Positions 1-8,273 of a stretch of DNA of 64,000 bases are shown here, in pieces. The DNA is from Candidatus Omnitrophota bacterium (GTDB lineage: Bacteria > Omnitrophota > Gorgyraeia > Gygaellales > JAQTUX01). The notes beneath the pieces were generated by a model. That model worked only from the letters and a program-made list of their open reading frames with translations. It ran no database searches and had not been told where the DNA came from. A program made the position numbers and the translations under genes. The stretch is from the NCBI GenBank assembly GCA_028707125.1, contig JAQTUX010000001.1:205639-269638 (forward strand). Direction: 5' to 3'. The first letter of the stretch is position 1; the number at the start of each line of letters is the position of its first letter.

Positions 1-340
1 TCTTCCAGTATTTTATTGCGGAATATCTCCGTGGTCATGATCAGTACAAGCGCGTCCGGATTGATGGAAACGTCTCCGGTGAGTATTCCGATCTTATCGG
101 CGTATTGCCTTTGGAAGTCGCGGAACTTCTGGTTGGACAGCGCTTTGATGGGCGCCGTGTAGATCACGCCCTTGTCGCTTTGCAGGCACTCATTTATGAT
201 ATGTTCGGCAATAGCGGTTTTGCCCGCGCCTGTAGGGGCGGAGACGATCACGGAATAGCCCTGATTTATGTGGTCAATGGCCTGTTGCTGAAACGGGTCG
301 TAAAGCATTTGCAGATATTTTAGCATAGAGGTATAATTAA
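1..340 (-). CDS. Ski2/HelY-like DEAD/DEAH-box superfamily-2 helicase, N-terminal fragment running off the window
   Basis: Reverse-strand translation from the ATG at 338-340 gives MLKYLQMLYDPFQQQAIDHINQGYSVIVSAPTGAGKTAIAEH...YTAPIKALSNQKFRDF. It carries a Q-motif, Walker A (APTGAGKT) and a motif Ia (TAPIKALSNQ) typical of Ski2/Mtr4/HelY helicases. The ORF continues past position 1. The + strand ORF 105..323 is antisense to it. Confidence 0.7.
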
Positions 341-357
341 TAAAAGAGGAGTTATCC

Positions 358-705
358 ATGCGTTTAACAGCGGTAATAATATGCTTATTCTTTTTTGGGG
401 CGTTCATACCGGTGTTTTCGGCTTACGAGGAAGAAGAGGCGCCGTTGTCGGATGAAGATTTTTTTGAGCAGCAAATAGAAATGATGCGGCAGGAGGAGCT
501 GGAGGAGCAGGGCAGGTTTGAGGCGGAAGGCCGGCTCCCCGCGGAGGAAATCAGCGAAGACCTGCCTGTTGGAGACGGACCCGCCGGCGAAGAACCCGCG
601 AAAGAAGCCCCTGTCGTAGAAAAGCAGCAGGAAACCGATGATACACAGGGCGAGCAGCCCGAACATAAAAGCTGGTACTGGCAGCTTAAGAAAGCGACAC
701 AATGA
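358..705 (+). CDS. Small secreted acidic (Glu-rich) protein, function unknown
   Basis: An AAGAGGAG Shine-Dalgarno lies 7 nt upstream of the ATG. The N-terminus is hydrophobic and signal-peptide-like (MRLTAVIICLFFFGAFIPVFSA). The remainder is a strongly acidic low-complexity region. Confidence 0.35.
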   Translation: MRLTAVIICLFFFGAFIPVFSAYEEEEAPLSDEDFFEQQIEMMRQEELEEQGRFEAEGRLPAEEISEDLPVGDGPAGEEPAKEAPVVEKQQETDDTQGEQPEHKSWYWQLKKATQ

Positions 706-3349
706 TCTCGTTAAGCGCCTCGGGGTGGGTCAATTTCAGTAATTTTTCTCTGGGGATGATCACTCTCGGGGATTTTTCTTTAAGGATAAAGGATTTACCG
801 CAGATCAACACTTCGTTTATTTTATAGCTGCCCCACTCCAGCAGTTTATCGTTGGTGAATTTTATGAGCAGATCCCTGCCCGCGAAGCCGGCCTTGATAC
901 TTATGGTTTTGCTTCTGCCGAACTGACGCTTAAGGAGTTTCGGTTCAAGCAGAAGGTCTCCCATCATGCCTTTTATCCCGAATACCTCGCAGAGCCAGGT
1001 CAACATAAACCAGCTGGCAGAGCCGGTAAGGTAGCAGTACATACCGCGGCCTTCTGAATTGAAGTATTCCGGGACGCAGGGGTAGACCTTGCTCAGGGAA
1101 GAATCGACGGCCATTTTGTATATTGAATCCAGCACGGAGAACCCCTCTTTTACAAACCCGGCCCTATAAAGCGCGAACGCGTACATAACGTTCATATGGC
1201 TGAAGAATGAGCCGTTTTCTTTCTCGCCGTAGGCAAATGCAAATGCCCTGCCTAATTTAAGGTAATCCGCGCCAAAATTGGTGTTTAACCTGATGCCGCC
1301 GGATCTTTTGTCCCGCAAATATTTGTTTACGTTATTTATGATGGACTCTATTTGGCGCTTATCCGCGATCCCGGCGAGTATGGGGAATACCTGTCCTGTC
1401 AGCGTCATCCGGGTTCTTCCTTCTACGCTGCCTTCCACGCGTTCGGCTTCGTTATCGTAATACCCGTTGAAAAAGCCCTGTTTCAGCCATTCATTCTCAT
1501 TGATGTGCCTGGACATCCAGCCGGCCTTCTTGTTGAGGTCGGCGGCGAGGTCTTTTACCTGCAATTCCTTCCTTACGCCGCTTACGCCTTTCTCTACCGA
1601 ACTGAAATATTTTTCAAGCAGCGCTGTTTTTTCCCGCGCTGAATCGTAGTCAATAGCGGTTGACAGCGTGTCCAATAAAACACACATTTCTTCAAATACC
1701 GTTATCTTTCCGGCGCCGATATGCTGTATGAGCGCGGCAATATTTTTGAGGTTCCTCGCGTAGAAACAGGAGAAGGCAACGCTTTCCCCTTTCGCGGGCG
1801 CCATGTCCAGCCCGTCATTCCAGTCGGCGCTCTCAAGGCGTATGTTATTGTGTTCTCCCACGTTGAAGAACTGCACAAGGTGCTGAAGCAATATATGTTC
1901 AATAATGCTCCCTTTATAGATTCCGTCCTCCCTGGTTTTAAGTTGTTTTCCGTCTTTTTCATCCCAGGCAGGGTATTTCTTTCTCGCGCGCCAGGCCTGA
2001 GGGTCGGAAAAGTAGGGGGTTTCCTCAAGCAGTATGCCTATATCCCTGGTCTGGTTTATGTATAATTCCAGGGTAAAGAACGGCCAGACGCCGTGGTCCA
2101 TCCAGACGCGGGTTATGCGGTTCCTGTCGGCAATGAATTCCCCGGTATTTTTGCCTATGATCGTGGCGTTAGAGCCGTCTATCCTTACGCCCGCGAAGTT
2201 GGAAATGAGCATCTCGCGTATGTCTTCCTGGCCCGCGAGCAGAAGCCCCAGGGCGTCCTGCCATAGATCACGCCAGCCGCGGCCGCCCTTGCCGTAATCA
2301 AAGTCGGGCAAAAAAGAGCAGCCGAAAAATCTTCTAAGCGTCGGCTGGATGTTGACCCATTTGAACCAGTTATCAAAATTTCCCTGGCCCGACCTTATAT
2401 TTATCGCGCCGCTTTTTTTCCGCCAATAGCTGACCGTTTCTTTCAATAGCCCCTCAATTGAATTTGTATCGCGGAACTCCTTTTGGATATCTTTCGCGCT
2501 TTCCGGGTCAGGCGATATGCCCATCAGGATAAAATACTGCGCGCTTTCGTTCTTTCGCAATGTAACGGCAGGGAATTTCAGGCCCGCGAACGCCTCTTTG
2601 CCTTTGATGTTTGTTTTTAACGGCCCGGCCCCTCTAAATACCGCGGCCGGCCTTTGCAAACTGCCGCCTTCGCCCGCGAAATTCTCAACGGTAGGGAATA
2701 TTTCTTTGGGCAGCCGGCCCTTCGCGTCAAAGCCAAAGACGTAGAATGTCGTGTGGTTGACCCTGTGTCCGCTTTCATCAAATTTTATGGCCGGCCTGGA
2801 CATGACGCCGTGGGGCGTAACTGTTATGTGATTAAGCAGGCCTGTTACGTGCCTGTGGTCTCTTAAGTTTTCCGCGGAGCGGCCGTATATAGGTATGGCC
2901 GCGAGCGGCGTAAAGGTTAAGCGGCGCTTTTTAACGTTGGTTACGCGCACGCTCATCACTTCAAAGTTTTTATCAGGCGGGACGAAATTGAGGATCTCCG
3001 CCCTGACGCCGTTATTGTTGTTGGCGCGCGTGATCCTGTGCCAGAGAAAGCCCGCTTCAAGATATGCCTCATCATTGTCGTCAGGCGGCTCTCCCGTTAC
3101 AGAATACCCTTCATTTCCTTTAAAGATCAGCCAGAAGTTACGGCTGGATTTCAGGTTGCGCAGGTCTTCCCTTGAGGCCGGCTGAAGCAGGAAGGCGTCC
3201 TGGTTTATTTTGATATCGCCGTGCAGGGTGGGGGATATGGATGAAAGCAGTTCGCCGTTGCAGAGGGGGAAGTACAGCCCGCTTATATTCTGGGGCGATC
3301 CAAATTTGAACGCCCCTTCATTATCTATGAATTTCCACAGATTTGCCAT
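686..3349 (-). CDS. GH94 / GT36-like glycoside phosphorylase family protein (cellobiose/chitobiose/cyclic-glucan phosphorylase-like, six-hairpin fold)
   Basis: 887-aa ORF containing RGWRDLWQDALG and SADWNDGLDM motifs. These resemble the conserved RDxxQD and DWND catalytic-region motifs of GH94 phosphorylases. The substrate cannot be assigned. Confidence 0.5.
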   Translation of the reverse strand: MANLWKFIDNEGAFKFGSPQNISGLYFPLCNGELLSSISPTLHGDIKINQDAFLLQPASREDLRNLKSSRNFWLIFKGNEGYSVTGEPPDDNDEAYLEAGFLWHRITRANNNNGVRAEILNFVPPDKNFEVMSVRVTNVKKRRLTFTPLAAIPIYGRSAENLRDHRHVTGLLNHITVTPHGVMSRPAIKFDESGHRVNHTTFYVFGFDAKGRLPKEIFPTVENFAGEGGSLQRPAAVFRGAGPLKTNIKGKEAFAGLKFPAVTLRKNESAQYFILMGISPDPESAKDIQKEFRDTNSIEGLLKETVSYWRKKSGAINIRSGQGNFDNWFKWVNIQPTLRRFFGCSFLPDFDYGKGGRGWRDLWQDALGLLLAGQEDIREMLISNFAGVRIDGSNATIIGKNTGEFIADRNRITRVWMDHGVWPFFTLELYINQTRDIGILLEETPYFSDPQAWRARKKYPAWDEKDGKQLKTREDGIYKGSIIEHILLQHLVQFFNVGEHNNIRLESADWNDGLDMAPAKGESVAFSCFYARNLKNIAALIQHIGAGKITVFEEMCVLLDTLSTAIDYDSAREKTALLEKYFSSVEKGVSGVRKELQVKDLAADLNKKAGWMSRHINENEWLKQGFFNGYYDNEAERVEGSVEGRTRMTLTGQVFPILAGIADKRQIESIINNVNKYLRDKRSGGIRLNTNFGADYLKLGRAFAFAYGEKENGSFFSHMNVMYAFALYRAGFVKEGFSVLDSIYKMAVDSSLSKVYPCVPEYFNSEGRGMYCYLTGSASWFMLTWLCEVFGIKGMMGDLLLEPKLLKRQFGRSKTISIKAGFAGRDLLIKFTNDKLLEWGSYKINEVLICGKSFILKEKSPRVIIPREKLLKLTHPEALNEIIVSLS

Positions 3350-3450
3350 AACGGAATGATATTCTACCAGAAGCAGAACCTCATTGCAATGAAATTGGCG
3401 AAAAGAGGATATGGACAGAGCGGGAAAATTGGTTTATAATATCCCGCAGA

Positions 3451-4341
3451 ATGAGAAGGCGTATTCTGGTATGGCTATTAGCGTTTATCTGCGCCGCCCC
3501 TTTTGTAAACCAGGCGGATTGCTTTGCTGAATTCTCCTTCGTGGTGATGGGGGACAGCCGAAGCGACCACGGCAGGGAAGACGGCGTTAACGAAGATGTG
3601 CTGGTTAAGCTGGTGGATTTAATCAAGTCGGACAGGCCTGAGTTTATAGTGTTTGCGGGAGATCTGGTGTGCGATTCCAACGCCGATGATATAGAGGAGT
3701 TGAGGGGATATTTTTCGCGCTGGAAGGACATCATGGCCGCGGCAGGCGCCCCGATATACATAAGCGTGGGGAATGAAGATATAGATAAATACGGCAGCCA
3801 GGCGGAAGGGCTGATAAGGGAGACCTTTAACATGCCCGAGAACGGCCCGCAGAGCCTGCTTGAGCTGGCTTATTCTTTTGATCATCAGAATGCCCATTTC
3901 GTGGTCCTGGATACCGCGGTAGGCGGCCAGCAGGGCTTAGTAGGCGATGAGCAGCTAGAGTGGCTGAAGTTTGATCTGGACGCCAATAATTCAAGCATAG
4001 TATTTGTGTTCGGCCACCACCCGCTTTTTTCCCTGCTGCATAAGGGTAATTCTTTGGACAGGTATCCCGAGGCGCGCGGCAACCTATTGGCTTTATTCAA
4101 AGATAAAGGCGTGGATGTTTATTTCTGCGGGCACGAACATTATTTCCGCAGGGACTTGGAGGATGGCATTTTTCAGGTCGTATCAGGCGGCGCGGGCGCG
4201 CCTTTGCATGCCCCGGTAGAAGGGCCGGAGCCGTTTCACCACTATTGCCTGGTGACGGTAAAGGACGACGGCTCCTGTTATATCCGCGCGAAAGATATTG
4301 AGGGGAATATCAGGGATGAGTCAAGGATCTCCTTACACTGA
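3451..4341 (+). CDS. Calcineurin-like metallophosphoesterase, secreted
   Basis: Signal peptide followed by the metallophosphoesterase motif series GD(S)R...VFAGDLV...GNED...GHHP...GHEH. Confidence 0.7.
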   Translation: MRRRILVWLLAFICAAPFVNQADCFAEFSFVVMGDSRSDHGREDGVNEDVLVKLVDLIKSDRPEFIVFAGDLVCDSNADDIEELRGYFSRWKDIMAAAGAPIYISVGNEDIDKYGSQAEGLIRETFNMPENGPQSLLELAYSFDHQNAHFVVLDTAVGGQQGLVGDEQLEWLKFDLDANNSSIVFVFGHHPLFSLLHKGNSLDRYPEARGNLLALFKDKGVDVYFCGHEHYFRRDLEDGIFQVVSGGAGAPLHAPVEGPEPFHHYCLVTVKDDGSCYIRAKDIEGNIRDESRISLH

Positions 4342-4352
4342 AGGGGGTTGAT

Positions 4353-5027
4353 ATGGAGCTTATTGCCTCTTTATTTGAGCCGGGGATTTTCCTGCTGATC
4401 GCGGGAGGCCTGCTTGGGCTGTCGGGATTTGTCGTGTTTATGATCATACGCGAGAGGTCCATGCAGAGGATAGAGATAGAGTCCCAACAGGACCATCTTA
4501 AGGAATTGGAGATCGCCATTGAAGAGGAAACGCAGCGCAAGACCAAAGACATCTCGGCAAAACTTGAGTCCCTGGAGAATGAGGTCCGGGAAAAGGCGGC
4601 GTTTAAGCTCAAGGCCGAGGAGCTGCAGGCAGAGCTTGATAAGTCGCAAGGGGAGATGGCAAAACTCGAAGCGGCCCTTAAAGAGAAGGCGGCATCCCCG
4701 GATAAGGCAGCCGGCAAAACAGCCTTACAGGGAGAATTAGAAAAGGAAAGAGATACGCTTAAGAAAGAACTCGCCGGAGCCAGGGAAGAGGTGAGGCAGG
4801 CAAGGCAGGACCTTGCCAATGCCAAGGAGATGTACGAGGATCTGAAACTGCAGTTTGAAGACCTTAAAGAAAAAGCGCCGCAGGCGGAAGAAAAGGCGCC
4901 CGGCGAGGAAAAACCCCGCGTGGTAAGCCCGGAGACCTCTTCAAAGATCCTGGAAGCCCTCAGGGAACTTAAACAGTCGGAACAGAAGAAACCCCCGGAA
5001 GAGAAAAATACCGAAGAAAATAAATGA
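4353..5027 (+). CDS. Membrane-anchored coiled-coil protein, function unknown
   Basis: N-terminal transmembrane helix (IFLLIAGGLLGLSGFVVFMII). The rest is E/K/L-rich with heptad-like periodicity. The antisense S-rich ORF 4310..5131 is a low-complexity artefact. Confidence 0.45.
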   Translation: MELIASLFEPGIFLLIAGGLLGLSGFVVFMIIRERSMQRIEIESQQDHLKELEIAIEEETQRKTKDISAKLESLENEVREKAAFKLKAEELQAELDKSQGEMAKLEAALKEKAASPDKAAGKTALQGELEKERDTLKKELAGAREEVRQARQDLANAKEMYEDLKLQFEDLKEKAPQAEEKAPGEEKPRVVSPETSSKILEALRELKQSEQKKPPEEKNTEENK

Positions 5028-5170
5028 CTAATGACGAAATCCGAATGACGAATGAATGACAAATGACCAATGACTAAATGACCAAACAGAAATATATTTG
5101 GACATTGGACATTTAAGCATTGGACATTCATTCGACATTCGTCATTGGGTAATTCGACATTAAGATTTAG
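5028..5170. repeat. Palindromic intergenic repeat element, copy 1 (AATGAC/GTCATT and CCAAT/ATTGG word family)
   Basis: tgacgaatgaatgacaaatgaccaatgac...ttggacattggacatt...cattcgacattcgtcattgg. The left and right arms are approximately reverse-complementary. It fills the whole gap between two + strand genes. Confidence 0.6.
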
Positions 5171-5172
5171 AT

Positions 5173-6072
5173 ATGAGTATAATAGTATTAGGTACGGTCG
5201 CGCTGGATACGGTTAAGACCCCGCGGGGGCAGAGGAAAGAGATACTTGGCGGCTCCGCCGTTCATTTCGCGATGTCCGCGCGCCTGTTCACGAAGGTGAA
5301 TCTCGTGGCGATCGTGGGAGAGGACTTTCCCCAGAAGCACATCGAGTTTTTACGCGGCAAAGGCGTGATCCTCACTTCGCTGATCAAGGAAAAAGGCAGG
5401 ACCTTCCGCTGGGAGGGCGAATACAAGGGCGACCTGAACAGCGCCCTCACCAAGAGCACGGAGCTGGGAGTGTTGTCCGCTTTCAGGCCCAGCGTCGCGC
5501 GGCACCAGAGGCATATCAAATACATTTTTCTGGCGAACGTTGACCCTGATATACAGTCGCATATGCTTTCCAGTATGCGCGAGCCGAAATTCGTGGGTTT
5601 GGACAGTATGAATTTCTGGATAAATACAAAGAGAAGGTCATTGCTTAAATTGATAAAGAAGGTGAATATATTTGTGTTGAACGACTCGGAGGCGAGGAGT
5701 TTAACAGGAGAGCATAACCTTATTAAGGCCGCCGGGCGCCTGATATCTTCAGGGCCGCCTATGGTCATGATAAAGAAAGGCGAACACGGAGTCATCTTCA
5801 AGAGTAAGGATTTATTATTCTGCCTGCCGGCGTTTCCTACGGAGCAGGTGGTTGATCCTACCGGCGCGGGCGATACATTCGCCGGCGGATTTATGGGTTA
5901 TCTCGCCCGGCAAGGCAGCATCAATAACGCGTCTGTGCGCAGGGCAATATCCTACGCCACTGTGATGGCGTCTTTTAATGTGGAGGGTTTCGGCGTAGAG
6001 AGGACGCGGCGGCTGACGTTGACAGAGGTCAACGGCCGGCTTAAGGAATTCAGAGAGTTTATTAAATTCTAA
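5173..6072 (+). CDS. PfkB-family carbohydrate/nucleoside kinase
   Basis: Ribokinase-like fold signature DPTGAGDTFAGGF near the C-terminus. The N-terminal substrate-binding region is glycine-rich. Confidence 0.7.
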   Translation: MSIIVLGTVALDTVKTPRGQRKEILGGSAVHFAMSARLFTKVNLVAIVGEDFPQKHIEFLRGKGVILTSLIKEKGRTFRWEGEYKGDLNSALTKSTELGVLSAFRPSVARHQRHIKYIFLANVDPDIQSHMLSSMREPKFVGLDSMNFWINTKRRSLLKLIKKVNIFVLNDSEARSLTGEHNLIKAAGRLISSGPPMVMIKKGEHGVIFKSKDLLFCLPAFPTEQVVDPTGAGDTFAGGFMGYLARQGSINNASVRRAISYATVMASFNVEGFGVERTRRLTLTEVNGRLKEFREFIKF

Positions 6073-6091
6073 ACAAAAGGAGATAGAGAAA

Positions 6092-8188
6092 ATGTTTGAC
6101 GCGTTGATTTTGGCGCCGGTCGGTTCGATCCTGGCATTGGGATTCGCCTTTTATCTGGCGTTGTCCATACTTAAAAAAGACGAAGGCAATGAAAAGATGC
6201 GCTCAATAGCGCAGGAGGTAAGGGAAGGCGCGTTTGCCTACCTCAGGCAGCAGTATAAAGGCGTGGGGCTGTTCTTTGCCGTGGTATTCGTAGTCCTTTT
6301 AATAATGGCGATGAATAACTACCTGGTTATATTCGTGCCCTTTGCCTTTATTACAGGAGGGTTTTTCTCCGGCCTTGCCGGGCTTATCGGTATGAACATA
6401 GCCACCCGTTCCAGCGCCCGCACCGCGAGCGGAGCGATGAAGAGTTTGAACTCCGGGCTGCGCGTGGCATTTTCCGCGGGAGCGGTAATGGGCCTGACAG
6501 TCGTCGGCTTGGGCCTGCTTGATCTCAGTGTCTGGTATTATTTTCTTGATTGGTATTATTCCTCGCATCCTACTCCCTTAGGGCTGGATAAAATAGGAGC
6601 CATTACTTCCACGATGCTTTGTTTCGGCATGGGCGCCAGCAGCCAGGCGTTATTTGCCAGGGTGGGCGGAGGTATTTTTACCAAGGCCGCCGATGTAGGC
6701 GCCGACCTCGTAGGTAAAGTTGAGGCGGGCATCCCCGAAGACGACCCGCGCAATCCGGCGGTTATAGCCGACAATGTGGGAGACAATGTGGGAGACGTTG
6801 CCGGTATGGGCGCCGATCTGTATGAATCCTATGTCGGCTCTATCGTGGCCAGCTCCGTGCTGGGCGTGGCCGCGGGATACGGGGTCAAAGGCGTTACCGT
6901 GCCCATGGTTATGGCGGCGGTAGGCGTTGTCGCTTCCATATTCGGCACATTCTTTGTGAAAAGCGGCGAAGAGGCCAACCAGGGGGTGCTGCTTAAGGCG
7001 TTAAGAAAAGGCGTATTTGCCAGCGCCATTTTAGTGGCCATACTCTCATTTTTTATCGTCAAATTCTCTTTAGGCATGCAATACATCGGGGTTTATTACG
7101 CGGTGCTGGCGGGATTGATCGCCGGCATTATCATAGGGCTGTCCACGGAATTTTTTACCTCAAGCCGTTATTCTCCCACTCGCATGATCTCCAATGCCGC
7201 GCAAACAGGGCCGGCAACGGTTATCATTGAGGGCCTGGCGGTAGGTATGTTTTCTACAGCCGTCCCCGTGATAGTAGTGGGCGCGGCGGTACTGGCCAGT
7301 TACTTTTTAGCCGGCGGCGCGTCTAATTTCAATGCCGGCCTCTACGGCGTAGGTATTGCCGCGGTAGGCATGCTTTCCACTCTGGGCATCACGCTGGCAA
7401 CAGATGCCTACGGCCCGGTTGCAGATAATGCCGGCGGCAACGCCCAAATGGCAGGGCTTGAGCCCGAAGTAAGAAAAAGGACGGATGCCTTGGATTCCCT
7501 GGGAAATACAACCGCGGCAACAGGCAAGGGTTTCGCCATCGGCTCTGCCGCGTTAACGGCGCTGGCATTGATCGTGGCCTACAAAGAACAGATCGCTATG
7601 TACGGCAAGGAGATAACCTCTTCTTTGATGGATCCCGCTGTATTGGTGGGCGTATTCATAGGAGGTATGCTCCCTTTTGTTTTTTCCGCTATGCTGATGC
7701 GCGCCGTGGGCAGGGCCGCGGGCAAAATCGTTATAGAGGTCAGGAGGCAGTTCAAAGAGATCCCCGGGTTGATGGAAGGCACTGCCAAGCCGGACTGCGC
7801 TTCTTGCGTACGCATCACTACTTTAGCCGCCCAGAAAGAAATGATAATACCGTCGTTACTGGCGATACTTTCTCCCATTGTAACTGGTTTTCTTATCGGC
7901 GTTGAGGCGGAAGTGGGGTTGCTGGTGGGCGCGCTGGTATCCGGTTTCGTCTTAGCGGTAATGATGGCAAATTCAGGCGGCGCCTGGGACAACGCCAAGA
8001 AATATATAGAAGAAGGATTCCTGGGCGGTAAGGGAAGCCAGGCGCACAAGGCCGGCGTTGTCGGCGATACCGTGGGGGACCCGTTTAAGGATACCGCCGG
8101 GCCCGCCTTGAATATATTGATAAAGCTTATGTCCATGGTCTCCATAGTGTTCGCCGGCTTTATTGTGCGGCAGGCGCTGATAAAATAA
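6092..8188 (+). CDS. hppA: Membrane-bound K+-dependent-type ion-translocating pyrophosphatase
   Basis: Contains GGIFTKAADVGADLVGKVE and DNVGDNVGDVAG motifs and about 16 transmembrane helices. The GNTTAA motif has Ala rather than Lys at the K+-dependence position. Confidence 0.9.
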   Translation: MFDALILAPVGSILALGFAFYLALSILKKDEGNEKMRSIAQEVREGAFAYLRQQYKGVGLFFAVVFVVLLIMAMNNYLVIFVPFAFITGGFFSGLAGLIGMNIATRSSARTASGAMKSLNSGLRVAFSAGAVMGLTVVGLGLLDLSVWYYFLDWYYSSHPTPLGLDKIGAITSTMLCFGMGASSQALFARVGGGIFTKAADVGADLVGKVEAGIPEDDPRNPAVIADNVGDNVGDVAGMGADLYESYVGSIVASSVLGVAAGYGVKGVTVPMVMAAVGVVASIFGTFFVKSGEEANQGVLLKALRKGVFASAILVAILSFFIVKFSLGMQYIGVYYAVLAGLIAGIIIGLSTEFFTSSRYSPTRMISNAAQTGPATVIIEGLAVGMFSTAVPVIVVGAAVLASYFLAGGASNFNAGLYGVGIAAVGMLSTLGITLATDAYGPVADNAGGNAQMAGLEPEVRKRTDALDSLGNTTAATGKGFAIGSAALTALALIVAYKEQIAMYGKEITSSLMDPAVLVGVFIGGMLPFVFSAMLMRAVGRAAGKIVIEVRRQFKEIPGLMEGTAKPDCASCVRITTLAAQKEMIIPSLLAILSPIVTGFLIGVEAEVGLLVGALVSGFVLAVMMANSGGAWDNAKKYIEEGFLGGKGSQAHKAGVVGDTVGDPFKDTAGPALNILIKLMSMVSIVFAGFIVRQALIK

Positions 8189-8273
8189 AACAAAGACCGG
8201 GACTTATCTGCGCGCACCCCTGGGGCGCAACGGCTTCTTACGCTCCCGGGGTGTGTCCATCTTGAGGTAGGGC

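Noticed and set aside
105-323. 72-aa + strand ORF at the left edge
   Set aside because: It is fully contained within, and antisense to, the helicase fragment whose Q-motif, Walker A and motif Ia are unambiguous.
4310-5131. 273-aa Ser/Ala-rich ORF on the - strand
   Set aside because: It is antisense to the Glu/Lys-rich coiled-coil gene 4353..5027, so it is a low-complexity mirror artefact. It also extends into the palindromic repeat.
7579-8217. 212-aa - strand ORF
   Set aside because: It is antisense to hppA with no independent support.
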